DNA of 64,000 nucleotides, taken from assembly GCA_965209055.1 (NCBI GenBank), contig OZ242374.1, positions 1,792,001 to 1,856,000 on the forward strand, written 5' to 3'. Shown here piece by piece: positions 10,162 to 21,764 of this stretch; position 1 is the first letter of the stretch; each line of letters opens with the position of its first letter. The stretch comes from Acidobacteriota bacterium (lineage in GTDB: Bacteria; Acidobacteriota; UBA6911; RPQK01; JAJDTT01). The position numbers and the translations under genes were made by a program. A model generated the notes under the pieces. It did no database searches and was not told the origin of the DNA. It was given only the letters and a program-made list of their open reading frames with translations.

Positions 10162-11346
10162 ATGAAAATTCACGAGTTCCAGGCCAAGGAGATTCTGGCC
10201 CGGTACGGAGTCAGGATTCCCCGGGGAAAGGTCACCCAGAGTCCCGCCGAAGCTTTCGAGATCGCACGGTCCCTGGGAGGGATCGTGGCGGTCAAGGCCC
10301 AGGTCCATGCCGGGGGCCGCGGCAAGGGGGGAGGCGTCAGGATCGTCCGCTCTCCGGAAGAGGCGGAGCGGAGCACCCGGGCGATGCTGGGGACCCGGCT
10401 CGTGACTCCGCAGACCGGCCCGGAGGGGACCCTGGTGCGCCAGGTCTTGATCGAGGAGGGTTTGGACATCCGGCGGGAGTTCTACCTGGGCATGGTCATC
10501 GACCGGAGCCGGGAGCGTGCGGTGCTCATGGCCAGCACCGAAGGGGGCATGGAAATCGAGGAGGTGGCCCAGACGACTCCCGAACTGATCCTGAAGGAGC
10601 GGGTGGACCCGGCCTTGGGACTCCAGGGTTTCCAGGGAAGGAATCTGGCCTACGGTCTCGGTCTGGAGAAGAAGGCCGTGGGCCGGGCCGCCGGGTTCAT
10701 GAAGGCACTCTCCGAGGCCTTTGCCGCGACCGACGCCTCGCTGGTGGAGATCAACCCGCTGGTGCTGACCGGTGACGGCGAGTTCTACGCTCTGGACGCC
10801 AAGATGAACTTCGACGGCAACGCCCTCTACCGGCATCCGGAGCTGCGGGAGCTGCGCGACTATCACGAAGAGGAACCGCTGGAGATCCTGGCCAACCGTT
10901 CCGGCCTGAACTACATCAAGCTGGACGGGAACGTGGGCTGCATGGTCAACGGCGCCGGTCTGGCCATGGCCACCATGGACATCATCAAGTTGGCCGGCGG
11001 CAACCCGGCCAACTTTCTGGACGTGGGGGGCGGAGCCAGCGTGCAGCAGGTGAAGACGGCGTTCGAGATCCTGATTTCCGACCCCAGCGTCCGCTCCGTG
11101 CTGATCAACATTTTCGGTGGAATCATGCGCTGCGACACGCTGGCCGAGGGCGTGGTCCAAGCTGCGCGGGAAGTGGGTGTCGGCGTTCCGGTGGTGGTGC
11201 GGCTGGAGGGGACCAACGTCGAGCGAGGCCGGGAAATCCTCCGCGACTCGGGTCTGGATTTCGAAGTCGCGTATGGAATGCAGGATGCAGCCGAGAAGGT
11301 CTGTCGCCTGGCCGGCGAGGCTGCCCCGTCAACGGAGAATAATTGA
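10162..11346 (+). CDS. sucC: Succinyl-CoA synthetase beta subunit
   Basis: [45 protein letters not shown]. Confidence 0.98.
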   Translation: MKIHEFQAKEILARYGVRIPRGKVTQSPAEAFEIARSLGGIVAVKAQVHAGGRGKGGGVRIVRSPEEAERSTRAMLGTRLVTPQTGPEGTLVRQVLIEEGLDIRREFYLGMVIDRSRERAVLMASTEGGMEIEEVAQTTPELILKERVDPALGLQGFQGRNLAYGLGLEKKAVGRAAGFMKALSEAFAATDASLVEINPLVLTGDGEFYALDAKMNFDGNALYRHPELRELRDYHEEEPLEILANRSGLNYIKLDGNVGCMVNGAGLAMATMDIIKLAGGNPANFLDVGGGASVQQVKTAFEILISDPSVRSVLINIFGGIMRCDTLAEGVVQAAREVGVGVPVVVRLEGTNVERGREILRDSGLDFEVAYGMQDAAEKVCRLAGEAAPSTENN

Positions 11347-12216
11347 GTGTCAATCTGGGTGGATTCGACGACGCGAGTCGTGGTTCAGGGCATCACGGGC
11401 CGTGAGGGCAGCTTTCACGCGGCCCAGTGCCGCAGCTACGGCACCCAGGTGGTCGCCGGCGTCACTCCCGGCAAGGGAGGATCCCGGCACGACGGCCTTC
11501 CCGTCTACAACACGGTCCGGGAAGCCGCCGCCCGGGAGGAAGCCGACGCCAGCGTGATCTTCGTGCCGCCCCCCTTTGCCGCCGACGCCATTCTGGAGGC
11601 GGCCGACGCCGGCCTGGAACTGGTGGTCTGCATCACCGAGGGGATCCCGGCGCGGGACATGCTGCAGGTCTGCAACTTCCTCAGGGGCCGAAAGACGCGC
11701 CTCATCGGTCCCAACTGTCCCGGCATCATCTCTCCCGGCCAGTGCAAGATCGGGATCATGCCGGGGCACATCCACCGTCCCGGAAGGGTGGGATGCATTT
11801 CCCGGAGCGGCACCCTGACCTATGAGGCGGTGGACCAGCTCACCTCCCGGGGCATCGGGCAGAGCACCTGCATCGGGATCGGAGGCGATCCTCTCATCGG
11901 GACCGGGTTCATCGACGCCCTGGAAGCCTTCGGAAAGGATCCGGATACGGACGCGGTGGTCCTGATCGGAGAAATCGGCGGCAGCGCGGAAGAAGAGGCG
12001 GCGGAGTACATCCGGGACCACTTCCGGAAACCGGTGGTCGGTTTCATCGCCGGTCAGACGGCGCCCCCGGGCCGCCGCATGGGCCACGCCGGCGCCATCA
12101 TCTCCCAGGGCAAGGGAACGGCGGCGGAAAAGATGGAGACGATGCGGCGGTGCGGCGTTCGCGTGTTGGAGAGTCCGGCCCGGATCGGCGCCGCCATGGA
12201 GGAAGCCCTGGGATGA
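11347..12216 (+). CDS. sucD: Succinyl-CoA synthetase alpha subunit
   Basis: [27 protein letters not shown]. Confidence 0.98.
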   Translation: MSIWVDSTTRVVVQGITGREGSFHAAQCRSYGTQVVAGVTPGKGGSRHDGLPVYNTVREAAAREEADASVIFVPPPFAADAILEAADAGLELVVCITEGIPARDMLQVCNFLRGRKTRLIGPNCPGIISPGQCKIGIMPGHIHRPGRVGCISRSGTLTYEAVDQLTSRGIGQSTCIGIGGDPLIGTGFIDALEAFGKDPDTDAVVLIGEIGGSAEEEAAEYIRDHFRKPVVGFIAGQTAPPGRRMGHAGAIISQGKGTAAEKMETMRRCGVRVLESPARIGAAMEEALG

Positions 12217-12632
12217 ACCAGTCCACTCTGGGCATCGTCAAGCCGGACGCGGTGAAGACCGGGTCGCTGGGCGCCATTCTGAAACGGCTCGAGGCGGACG
12301 GCCTGACCGTCGCTGGCTTGAAGATGGTGCACCTGACCCGGGAGCTGGCTCAGGGATTCTACGCGGTGCACCGCAGCCGCCCCTTCTTCGACAGTTTGAC
12401 GGACTTCATGTCCGAGGGGCCGTGCGTGGTCATGGTTCTCAGGGGGGAAAACGCCATCGATCGCTGGCGGGCCCTGATGGGCGCCACCGACCCGGGCCAG
12501 GCCGGCGAGGGGACGATCCGCAAGGACTTCGGCCAGAACATCGAGCGCAACGCCGTTCACGGCTCCGACAGTCCCGATTCGGCGAACTTCGAGATCGCTT
12601 ACTTCTTCAACGCTCTGGAACTCTCCGGGTAG
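12213..12632 (+). CDS. ndk: Nucleoside diphosphate kinase
   Basis: [23 protein letters not shown]. Confidence 0.97.
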   Translation: MNQSTLGIVKPDAVKTGSLGAILKRLEADGLTVAGLKMVHLTRELAQGFYAVHRSRPFFDSLTDFMSEGPCVVMVLRGENAIDRWRALMGATDPGQAGEGTIRKDFGQNIERNAVHGSDSPDSANFEIAYFFNALELSG

Positions 12633-12639
12633 GCCCCCC

Positions 12640-12861
12640 ATGTTCCAAGACCTGGGAAAAGTCCTGATCTTCCTGGGACTGGCCCTGGCGGCGGCCGGAT
12701 TGTTGCTGACCTGGATGCCGTCGCTGAGGCTGGGACGCCTTCCGGGGGACTTGCACATCCGGCGGGAAAACTGGAGCCTGCACTTTCCCGTCGTCACCTG
12801 CCTGCTGGTCAGCGTCGCCCTGACTCTCGCCTACTGGCTGATCCAGTGGTTCCGGCGTTAG
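12640..12861 (+). CDS. DUF2905 small membrane protein
   Basis: LGRLPGDL...FPVVTCLLVS between two TM helices. Confidence 0.85.
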   Translation: MFQDLGKVLIFLGLALAAAGLLLTWMPSLRLGRLPGDLHIRRENWSLHFPVVTCLLVSVALTLAYWLIQWFRR

Positions 12862-12866
12862 CCCGC

Positions 12867-13886
12867 ATGTCTTCCGGCGAAACCATGACCTTCGCCCGGT
12901 TCATGGAGCTCTGCCTCTATGAACCGGAAACAGGCTATTACCGGCGCGGGGCCAAGGTCTTCGGTCCCCGCGGAGACTTCTACACGTCTCCCTATACCCA
13001 TCCCCTGTTCGCCCGGATCCTGGGAGACGCCCTGGCCGGGTATCTGTCCCGCCTGGACGGGGATGGGCCCTTGGACCTCGTCGAGCTGGGCGCCGGCGAG
13101 GGGATTCTGGGAAAGGGCGTGCTGGACCGGCTGGCGAACCGGCATCCCGGGATCTTCGCCCGCGTCCGATACCGGGGCGTGGAGTTTGGAGACGCCGGCC
13201 TGCCGGACCGAATCCACGGCGCCGTCTTCTCCAACGAACTCTTCGACGCGCTGCCGGTGCACCGGGTGCGGGTGTCCCAATCCGAATTGAAGGAGATCTT
13301 CGTCCGCCTGGGCGAGCCTGTTGCCGAGGTGGAGGGAGAACTCTCCGACCCGCGCATTCCGGAGTACATGCGGCTCGGATTCCCCCGTTGGCGCGAGGGA
13401 TACGTCTACGAGGCGAATCTCCGGATGGTGGAGGTCCTGGAAGACCTGGACCGCCGCATCCATCGGGGTTTCGTCCTCACCCTGGATTACGGATTCGAGG
13501 CGTCCGAATACGAGGCCATGGACCGGAGGGACGGCACGTTGCTCTGCTACCATCGCCACCGGGTTCATTCCGACCCCTACATCAATCTGGGCCGCCAGGA
13601 CCTGACCTCCCACGTCAATTTTCGAGTGTTCCGCAAGACGGCTGCGCGCCTGGGCTGGAACAACCGTCCGCTTCGAAGCCAGCGCCGGTTCCTGATGAAA
13701 TGGGGCCTGGAGGCCCGCTTGCTGGAAGAGGAGAGGAGGGGCATTCTGCGGGCGGAAAGAGTGGAGGATCGGCTCGGAATCAAGGCCCTCCTGGCGCCGG
13801 GGGGAATCTCCGATACACTCAAGGTGCAGGTGCAGGCGGTCCGCATCCCGGCGGCAGGCGGCAGCTTCGGAGCAAGCCGGATCTGA
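12867..13886 (+). CDS. SAM-dependent methyltransferase, MidA/NDUFAF7 family
   Basis: GDFYTSP, VELGAGEG, SNELFDALP, LDYG, QDLTSHVNF. Confidence 0.92.
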   Translation: MSSGETMTFARFMELCLYEPETGYYRRGAKVFGPRGDFYTSPYTHPLFARILGDALAGYLSRLDGDGPLDLVELGAGEGILGKGVLDRLANRHPGIFARVRYRGVEFGDAGLPDRIHGAVFSNELFDALPVHRVRVSQSELKEIFVRLGEPVAEVEGELSDPRIPEYMRLGFPRWREGYVYEANLRMVEVLEDLDRRIHRGFVLTLDYGFEASEYEAMDRRDGTLLCYHRHRVHSDPYINLGRQDLTSHVNFRVFRKTAARLGWNNRPLRSQRRFLMKWGLEARLLEEERRGILRAERVEDRLGIKALLAPGGISDTLKVQVQAVRIPAAGGSFGASRI

Positions 13887-13926
13887 TACAATCCGGTTTC
13901 CGAGCCTGAGGTTGCCGGGGAGGGGA

Positions 13927-14003
13927 TGGTGGGCGATACCGGATTCGAACCAGTGACCTCCGCCGTGTGAAGACGGCGCTCTAACCAGCTGAGCTAATCG
14001 CCC
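13927..14003 (-). tRNA. tRNA-Val(CAC)
   Basis: GGGCGATTAGCTCAGCTGGTTAGAGCGCCGTCTT-CAC-ACGGCGGAGGTCACTGGTTCGAATCCGGTATCGCCCACCA; canonical cloverleaf with CCA. Confidence 0.97.
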
Positions 14004-14038
14004 GAAACAGGAAATTCATTCTAGAAAGTCGTGTCGAA

Positions 14039-15037
14039 GTGAGTCAACTACTGGACCTGATCATCATCGGAGCCGGACCCGCGGGTCTGGCCTGCGCCAT
14101 CGAAGCCCGGAAACGGGGTCTGGACTTCTGGGTGGTGGAGCGAGGCTGCCTCGTCAACTCCATTTACAGATATCCGGTCAACATGACCTTTTTCACCACC
14201 GCCGATCTCCTGGAAATCGGCGACGTGCCCATGATCATCTCCGCCGACAAGCCCAAGCGGGTCGACGGCCTCAAGTACTATCGCCGCGTCGTGGAGCACT
14301 ACCAGCTTCCCATTCGGGACTACGAGGAGGTTCTCACCGTCCAGGGAAGTCTGGGGAACTTCATGGTGAATACCCGGGACCGGCTGGGAAACCCGCACGA
14401 CTATCACACCCGCCGGATCGTGGTGGCCACGGGCTACTACGACAATCCCAACCTGCTGGGAATTCCCGGAGAGGACCTGCCCAAAGTCAGCCACTACTAC
14501 ACCGATCCCCACCCCTACTACGGCAAGAACGTGGCCATCATCGGGGGGAACAACTCCGCCGCCGAGGCGGCCCTGGAACTGTTCCGCAGCGGATCGAACG
14601 TGACGTTGATTCACCGGGGCGAGCGCATGGGAAGCAAGATCAAGTATTGGGTCCTTCCCGACATCGAGAACCGGATCAAGAACGGAGAGATCCCGGCCCT
14701 CCTGTCCAGCCGCGTGGTGGAGATCCGGCCCCGGAAGATCGTGGTCGAGACGCCGGGCGGAATCGTGGAGCTGGACAACGACTTCGTCCTGGCCATGACC
14801 GGCTACCACCCCGACTCCGATTTCTTGCGGCAGATGGGAATCCGGGTCGAATCCGAGACCCACATTCCCGACCACGACCCCGAGACCCTGGAAACCAACG
14901 TCGCCGGCATCTATCTGGCCGGTTCCATCTGCGCCGGCAAGATGACGAACCGCATCTTCATCGAGAACGGACGCTTCCACGGCGGCCAGATCTTCCGCCA
15001 TTGGGAGTTTCCCGCACCGGCGGCGACGGCGGACTGA
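14039..15037 (+). CDS. ypdA: YpdA-family putative bacillithiol disulfide reductase
   Basis: GAGPAG, LVNSIYRYP, ATGYYD, FIENGRFHG. Confidence 0.9.
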   Translation: MSQLLDLIIIGAGPAGLACAIEARKRGLDFWVVERGCLVNSIYRYPVNMTFFTTADLLEIGDVPMIISADKPKRVDGLKYYRRVVEHYQLPIRDYEEVLTVQGSLGNFMVNTRDRLGNPHDYHTRRIVVATGYYDNPNLLGIPGEDLPKVSHYYTDPHPYYGKNVAIIGGNNSAAEAALELFRSGSNVTLIHRGERMGSKIKYWVLPDIENRIKNGEIPALLSSRVVEIRPRKIVVETPGGIVELDNDFVLAMTGYHPDSDFLRQMGIRVESETHIPDHDPETLETNVAGIYLAGSICAGKMTNRIFIENGRFHGGQIFRHWEFPAPAATAD

Positions 15038-15068
15038 CCGCCGTCCCAACTTCACTCGACACAAGCCG

Positions 15069-16406
15069 ATGCAGCGTAGCCGTTTCCGAGTGGCCATCGT
15101 GGGGCGGCCCAACGTCGGGAAATCCACACTTTTCAATCGGCTGACCGGGACCCGCCGAGCCTTGGTGGACCGCCGTCCGGGAATGACCCGGGACCGGATC
15201 TGCGGGATGGCCGAATGGAGCGGCCGGACTTTCGAGGTCATGGACACGGGCGGCATCACGCCGGGGGACCGGGAACATATTCCCGAGCAGGTTCTCCGGC
15301 AGGTGGAGGTCGCCATCGGGGAAGCGGACCTCATCCTCCTGGTGGTCGACGTGCGCGACGGTCTGCAGCCCCTGGACGAGAGTCTGAGCTCCATGCTGAG
15401 AGCCCGTGGCCGGGAGCCGGTGCTGGTGGTGAACAAGGTGGAGACTCTCCGCATGGAAACGGAGGCGCTCCAGTTCCATTCCCTGGGACTGAGGCATCTG
15501 TTTCCGGTTTCCGCCGAGCACAACCTTCAAATGGAGCCCTTGATCGGAGAGATCCTGACCCGTCTGCCCGATGCGGCTCCCGGCGCCTCCAAAGCCGAGG
15601 AGATCCGGGTCGCCATCGTGGGGCGTCCCAACGTGGGCAAGTCTTCTCTGCTGAACCGGATCGTGGGTGAGGAACGCTCGATCGTGACTTCGATTCCGGG
15701 CACGACCCGAGACGCCGTGGACACGCTGATTCGCGTGGGGGCTCAGGCGTACCGGTTCGTGGACACCGCGGGAATTCGCAGAAAGAGCAAGACGGTGGAG
15801 ATCGCCGAAAAGCTGAGCGTGGTCATGGCTCGCAAGAACCTGGAACGGGCCGACGTGGCGCTTCTGGTGCTGGATGCCTCCGAACCTCCCACCACTCTCG
15901 ACGCAATCATCGGAAGGTACGCCCAGGACGCGGGCGCCTCCATTCTGATTGCGGTCAACAAGTCCGACCTGATGCCCTCCGATCCGGAAACTCGCGCCGG
16001 CATGACCGCGGCCTACCGGGACCGGATGCCGGCCCTGGTCTTCGCGCCGCTGGCCTTCGTGTCGGCCAAGACGGGAAGCGGCGTCTCCAGGATCTTCTCC
16101 CGGGTGGACCGGGCCTACGAGGGCCGGATGATCCGGGTCGGAACCGCCGAGCTGAACGTCTACCTGGAACGGTACGTGGCCCAGGCTCTGACCCCCGAGG
16201 GAAGCGCCCGGAAATCGCGCTTGAAGTACGCCTGTCAGGTGGCGACGGCTCCTCCCACCTTCGTCTTTTTCACGCGGGGATCCGGCAAGCTGGATCCTCC
16301 CACCCGCCGGCATCTGGCCCGGCGGCTTCGGGAGAAATACCATTTTCACGCCACGCCGATCCGGATCCTGCAACGCAGCGGAAAGAGGAGGCAGGAGCTG
16401 TCTTGA
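15069..16406 (+). CDS. der: Ribosome biogenesis GTPase Der
   Basis: Two GRPNVGKS G-domains, DTGG and DTAG, C-terminal KH-like PPTF. Confidence 0.96.
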   Translation: MQRSRFRVAIVGRPNVGKSTLFNRLTGTRRALVDRRPGMTRDRICGMAEWSGRTFEVMDTGGITPGDREHIPEQVLRQVEVAIGEADLILLVVDVRDGLQPLDESLSSMLRARGREPVLVVNKVETLRMETEALQFHSLGLRHLFPVSAEHNLQMEPLIGEILTRLPDAAPGASKAEEIRVAIVGRPNVGKSSLLNRIVGEERSIVTSIPGTTRDAVDTLIRVGAQAYRFVDTAGIRRKSKTVEIAEKLSVVMARKNLERADVALLVLDASEPPTTLDAIIGRYAQDAGASILIAVNKSDLMPSDPETRAGMTAAYRDRMPALVFAPLAFVSAKTGSGVSRIFSRVDRAYEGRMIRVGTAELNVYLERYVAQALTPEGSARKSRLKYACQVATAPPTFVFFTRGSGKLDPPTRRHLARRLREKYHFHATPIRILQRSGKRRQELS

Positions 16407-16472
16407 CACCCGAAAAAGGGCGTGCCTAATATGAATCGCAGCTTGTGACACCGCCTCCTGAGCAGGTATTTC

Positions 16473-16739
16473 ATGGTCAAAGCGGATCTGGCGCGCGCTG
16501 TCTACGAGACCCACGGCGGTTTGACTCATCAGGAGTCGAAGGAGGTGGTCAAGCTCATCTTCGACAGCATCAAGTCGGAACTGCTACGTGGAGAGAATGT
16601 GAAATTGTCCGGTTTCGGTTCGTTCCGCGTCATTTCACTGAAGCCTCGAATCGGCCGCAATCCCCAGACTCGAGCCCAGATGCGGCTGGGGCCGAGCCGG
16701 CGCGTGACGTTTCGCCCCTCTCGCCTGATCAACGTGTGA
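16473..16739 (+). CDS. ihfA: Integration host factor alpha / HU family
   Basis: VKLSGFGSF, GRNPQT, VTFRPS; conserved ihfA-merR-tRNA-Pro synteny. Confidence 0.85.
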   Translation: MVKADLARAVYETHGGLTHQESKEVVKLIFDSIKSELLRGENVKLSGFGSFRVISLKPRIGRNPQTRAQMRLGPSRRVTFRPSRLINV

Positions 16740-16749
16740 ATCCATCCTG

Positions 16750-17172
16750 ATGGCCAGGAAAGGCAAGCTCTTCTACAAGATCGGGGAAGTCTGCAAGATC
16801 TGCGACGTTCCCGCTCACGTCCTGCGTTACTGGGAGACCGAATTCCCGCGGCTGTCCCCCAACAAGAACCGCTCCGGGCAACGCATCTTTCGGGAGAGAG
16901 ACGTGCAACTGGTGGCCGAAATCAAGCGGCTGCTGTACGAAGAGGGCTACACCATCGCCGGGGCCCGCAAGCAGCTCCGCCGAAACGGCGCCAACTTGCG
17001 GAAGACGCCGCTGTTCTCCAAGGCCGGGGCCGATTCTTCCAAGAAACTCCTGGCCCAGATCCGGGGCGAGCTTCAGGAACTGATGACGCTTCTGGACCAG
17101 GATCTTCCCTCCGCCAACAGGCGGCCGGCAAACCGGAAACAGCCCGGCGGGCGCGGCGAAAACGGCGAGTAG
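16750..17172 (+). CDS. MerR-family transcriptional regulator
   Basis: YKIGEV, HVLRYWETEF, GYTIAGAR. Confidence 0.92.
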   Translation: MARKGKLFYKIGEVCKICDVPAHVLRYWETEFPRLSPNKNRSGQRIFRERDVQLVAEIKRLLYEEGYTIAGARKQLRRNGANLRKTPLFSKAGADSSKKLLAQIRGELQELMTLLDQDLPSANRRPANRKQPGGRGENGE

Positions 17173-17263
17173 CCGGCTTTCGCGGCCGCTTGGCCCAACC
17201 GCCCGCGGCAAAAACCGTCACGGCTTTCCACACGGACTGCTATACTGGCCGTCATTCGCCGGC

Positions 17264-17340
17264 CGGGACGTGGCGCAGTCTGGTAGCGCACCTGAATGGG
17301 GTTCAGGAAGTCGGGAGTTCGAATCTCCCCGTCCCGACCA
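17264..17340 (+). tRNA. tRNA-Pro(GGG); island integration site
   Basis: CGGGACGTGGCGCAGTCTGGTAGCGCACCTGAAT-GGG-GTTCAGGAAGTCGGGAGTTCGAATCTCCCCGTCCCGACCA; TGcTATACT extended -10 at 17238-17246. Confidence 0.97.
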
Positions 17341-17514
17341 ATATTATCAACAACTTACAGCAATTCCGTTCTCTGAATTGAGGAGTTCTTTCGAAAAAGG
17401 TTCCATATGGGTTCCAAAAATACACCCGAAATTCCGAGCGGAGCGAACCGGCTCTTGAATATCGAAGGTCTCCCATTCCGATCCCACGACCTGTCGGACT
17501 GCTAGGACGGCCCG

Positions 17515-17724
17515 GAGATGACGGAGCATGGGTTTTGAGCGACGGTGAGAACGACCCTGGATGAAGTGTTGGGATTCCGTCCCGACTTCATCCAGCACCA
17601 GTTTGCCCACGCGATGCGGGACCCCAACGGGTGGGCTTACAACCGCACGGCGTATCACCCTGAACGGCGAAAGATGATGCAGGAAGCGGACTACCTGGAT
17701 CAGTTGAAGGCTGTGAGAGAGTGA
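17515..17724 (+). pseudogene. C-terminal remnant of P4-like tyrosine integrase
   Basis: Own translation EMTEHGF*ATVRTTLDEVLGFRPDFIQHQFAHAMRDPNGWAYNRTAYHPERRKMMQ; HGFR catalytic Arg codon is TGA. Confidence 0.88.
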
Positions 17725-17893
17725 TTCCGACTCAACCAGGCTTCTGGGCTTGAAAACTGTTTCGTAGTGCTGAGTTGGGGGGATCAAGTTGCGGGCAGGT
17801 CACCGTAGAAGATCACCTCCACGCTCAGGAGCGCCAGCTTGTAAGCCTACGCGAACGCATCGACCGCAGAGACGTCGCTTGAGAGCCTACTAG

Positions 17894-19662
17894 GAGCCTG
17901 TCCGAGAACTCAGCGTTGACCGATCCTTGTCCATAGCAATGCTCATGGGCAATGGCCCATGCTTGCGAATACCATCGAATCCTGCCCTCCAACCCCGTGG
18001 GAATCGATTTATTGGGCTATTTTCGACTCAGAAGCGGCCGATCAAGGCTGATTTTCGGCTTCACCCGCCTCACCCGCCCCTCTTTTGCGCCAACGCCGCC
18101 CGTTTTGCGTACTCCGGACACACCTCTCCCCGAACCGTCGTCAAAATGATTTTCTTGAGGTTGTGCGCGGCACACACCAGCGAGAACTCCCCGGCCACCC
18201 TCACCCTGCCACGCAGTCCGAACCCTCGGAAACTCGCGTTCTTGATCTGACCGAACACCGGCTCCACGATTACCTTGCGTCGCGCGTACAGCGCTCGGCT
18301 CTCCGGTTGCCTCATCCGCTCGTTCATGGCCCGGCGCAACCGCTCCTGACCGTTGCTCCTGATCGTGCGCGCCGCCCCCAACTTCGAACTGCAACAGCGA
18401 CGATAGTACCGACACGACACGCACACCTCGGCGTCGCCCTGATACACTCGTTGCCCCGAAGCCCGAGTCGTCTTTAGCGTCAGTAGCTGCCCCCCGGGGC
18501 AGTGGAAACCGTCCCGCTCCTCGTCGTAGCGAAAGTCCGCCTTCACCAGGCGACGGTCACTCTCCTCCAGACTCCCTTTGCCCGCCTTCTCTCCCCGGTC
18601 CGTCGCCACGTAGGCCTCGACCTCCCGTTCCGACAACTCCTGCAGGTTCTTCCCCGAATAGTAGCCGTGGTCCAGGCTCAGCTTTTCCGGCACCCGACCG
18701 GTCGCCGCCTCCACCTCATTCAGCGCCGGACTCACCTCCCGGTAATCGTTCGCCTGCTGACTCACGTGCTGCCCCACGATCACCTGCGCCTTCTCGTCCA
18801 CGCTGATCTGGGCGTTGTACGCGTACTCGAACCCCCCTTTTTGCTTCATGATCCGCGCGTCCGTGTCCGCAAAGCTGATCTGCTTCTTCTCGGCGATCCC
18901 TTCACCCGGTCTCAACTCGGCCTCGCGCCTCTGAAGCGCCCGCTTCGCCGCCTGGATCTTCTTCAATCGCGTCTTCTTGTCCCGCAAATCCTCCGGCAAC
19001 TCGTAGCCCGTGCGCTCCTGGTAGGCTCGGTCTCCTTCCTCGTCGCAACGGTCCGCCTGCGCCGTCATGGCTTCGATCTCCTCGCACAACTCCTGCTCCC
19101 ATTGCTTGAGCCGTCCGTAGCTCATCGCCTTGTGCTTCGAGCTGTTCGCCTTGAACTTGGAACCGTCCAGACTCACGTGTCCCAACCTCACCAGACCCAG
19201 CCCCATCGCCAAGGCCACCGTCTGTTTGAAGCAGGCCCGGAAAAACACCCCGTGGTCCTTCCGGAAATCGCTCAACACCCGGAAGTTCGGGCAGTTCATC
19301 CCGGCGATGTACAAGAATCCCAGATCCTCCCGGCACCGCTTCTCGATCTCCCGCGAACTGAACACCCCGTGACTGTAGGCGTAGATCAGGATCGAGACGA
19401 CCTGACCGGGAGGGTAGGCTCGCTGACCCCGGGGCTGTACTGGGCTTCCACTTCCGACGTGTCCAGTTGCCCGAACAGTTCCCGATAGAGGAAACAATCG
19501 TGATCCTCCGGCAACAGATCGAACACATTGGCCGGAAACAGCTGACTCTGGTAGTAGTCTTTCGGATAGGCTTTGAATCGCGGGGGCATCCAACACTCTC
19601 CTGATGATCAGATGCCCTGATTTTAAGGAGCTTCGGTGACAGCCCCGTTCTCGGACAGGCTC
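17894..19662 (-). mobile_element. IS1182-family insertion sequence
   Basis: Perfect 16-bp IR GAGCCTGTCCGAGAAC (17894-17909) / GTTCTCGGACAGGCTC (19647-19662), flanked by CTAG on both sides. Confidence 0.92.
18070..19589 (-). pseudogene. IS1182 transposase, frameshifted near 19430
   Basis: N-part MPPRFK...EAQYSP is in a different frame from QRAYPP..SSREIE..SLDGSKFKANSS..RRKVIVEPVFGQIK. Confidence 0.88.
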
Positions 19663-19737
19663 CTAGGAGAAATATCGAGAGAACCTGAAAATTATGCGTT
19701 CAGAGGGGATGTGTTGGATCGGCGATGCTGGACTAAG

Positions 19738-21764
19738 CGGAACTTCACTGCCCCCCAAACCCTAGCAAATCATTGAAATAGCGCCGGTTACGGTTCGCTA
19801 GACTCACTCTATAACTGGATATTTGTTTCCATGTATGGGATCGGTGTGTTTGTCAGTATTATCCTGTATCATTTGCATATCAGTGCTCATTACTGTTTCC
19901 ATGTAAGAGGTCGCCTCCCCATGTCCTACCACGTCGATGTCATCCCCAACCGCAACAGCCCCCCTGCCATCCTCTTCCGCCACGCCAAACGCGAGGGCAA
20001 ACGCATCCGCCGCACCACCCTCGCCAACCTCTCCAAGCTCCCCCCGGAGATCGTCGACGGCATCCGCGCCCTGCTCAAGGGTGGTCAAGTCTTCCACCCC
20101 CTGGACGACACCCTCTCCATTCGCCGCGCCCTGCCCCACGGCCATGTCGCTGCTCTCCTCGGCCTCGCCCGCCAACTCGGTCTGACACGCCTCCTGCACC
20201 GCAACCGCAGCCGCAACCGCGACCTCGCCCTCGCCGCCATCGTCGCCCGTGTGCTGGATCCCGCTTCCAAGCTCGCCACCGCCCGGAACCTGTCTCCCCA
20301 GACCGCCACCACCAGCCTCGGCCCGCTCCTCGGCCTCGGGCCGGTCCACGGCAACGAGATGCTCGGCATGCTCGACTGGTTGGTTCGCCGCCAAGTCTGG
20401 ATCGAGAAGAGCTTAGCGCGACGGCATCGGCCGGACCCTGCTGCTTTACGACGTCTCCTCCAGCTATCTGGAGGGACGCTCCTGTCCTCTGGCCGCGTTC
20501 GGCCATAACCGGGACGGCAAGAAAGGCAAGCCCCAGATCGTCTTCGGTCTGCTGTGCGCCGAGGACGGCTGCCCGCTGGCCGTGGAGGTCTTCTCCGGCA
20601 ACACAGGGGATCCGAAGACGGTGGCGTCGCAGGTCGAGAAGATCCAGGGGCGTTTCGGCATCGAGTCCATCGCCTTGGTCGGGGACCGCGGCATGCTCAC
20701 CACGGCGCGGCTGCGCGAGGATCTCTCACCGGCCGGACTGGCCTGGATCTCGGCCTTGAGAACCGACGCCATCCGCAAGCTGATGCGGCCGTCCAAATCG
20801 GGCACTGAAGGGGATCAGCCGGCTCCGTTGCGGCCGGGCGAGTTGGTTCCGGACCGGGTCGCGGAGATCCTCAGCCCGGAATTTCCCGGAGAACGCCTGC
20901 TGGTCTGCCTCAATCCCCGCTTGCGCCAGGACCGCGCCCGCAAGCGCGAGGAACTGCTGAAGGCGACCGAGGAGATTCTGGAGACGATCGCCAAGGCTGT
21001 GCGCTCCCCGAGATCGCAGCTGCGCGGCCAACAGGCGATCAACCGCCGGGTGGGCCGGGACGTGAACCGCAAGAAGGTCGCCAAGCACTTCCGGATCGAG
21101 GTGAGAGACGACGACATCCGCTGGTCCAGGAACCAGGAGAAGATCGACGCGGAGGCTCAACTGGATGGCATCTACATCGTGCGCACCAGCCTGGCGGCCT
21201 CCGAGATCGGGGCCTCGGAGGCGGTGGAGGCTTACAAGAGTCTCTCCCGGGTGGAACGGGCGTTTCGCTCGCTCAAGACGGCGCAGCTGGCCCTGCGCCC
21301 GGTGTACGTCTACAGCGAGGCCCATGTGCGCGGGCATGTCTTTCTGTGTCTGCTGGCGTATTACCTGGAGTGGCACCTGCGGCGAGCCCTGGCGCCGCTG
21401 CTGTTCGAGGAGGAGGATCGGGCCGGGGCGCGAGCGCTGCGGAAATCCCCGGTGGAAAAAGCGCAGGTGTCCGAGCGCACGAAGGCCAAGGCCTCGCGCA
21501 AACGGACCACTGACGGGCTCCCGGTGCAGAGCCTCCGGACGCTGCTGGCGAATCTCGGAACGCTCACCCTGAACCAGGTGGCTCTGCCGAACGCCCCGCA
21601 GCATCCGTTTGCGATGTTCGCCAAGCCGACGCCGGTGCAGGCGAAGGCTTTCGATTTGCTCGGCGTGGATCCGACCCGATTTGTTGCCAGTAAATGGCCA
21701 GGTTGATTTCTTCTATCTTCCTGATAGAGAAACAGTTAGACCGACTACCCGAAGTGAAGTTCCG
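19738..21764 (+). mobile_element. IS1634-family insertion sequence
   Basis: IR CGGAACTTCACT (19738-19749) / AGTGAAGTTCCG (21753-21764), flanked by ACTAAG direct repeat (19732-19737, 21765-21770). Confidence 0.88.
19921..21706 (+). pseudogene. IS1634 transposase, frameshifted near 20428
   Basis: VIPNRNSPPAIL, RTTLANLS; second frame LLYDVSSSYLEG..GHNRDGK..VGDRGML..DGIYIVRT..YKSLSRVERAFR. Confidence 0.88.

Noticed and set aside
10078-11160. 992-aa ORF as one long peptidase
   Set aside because: The N-terminal extension is the antisense shadow of sucC; peptidase-like sequence begins at about 10077
19386-19450. Programmed frameshift in IS1182 transposase
   Set aside because: The family normally has one ORF and no slippery A-tract is present; a 1-bp indel is simpler
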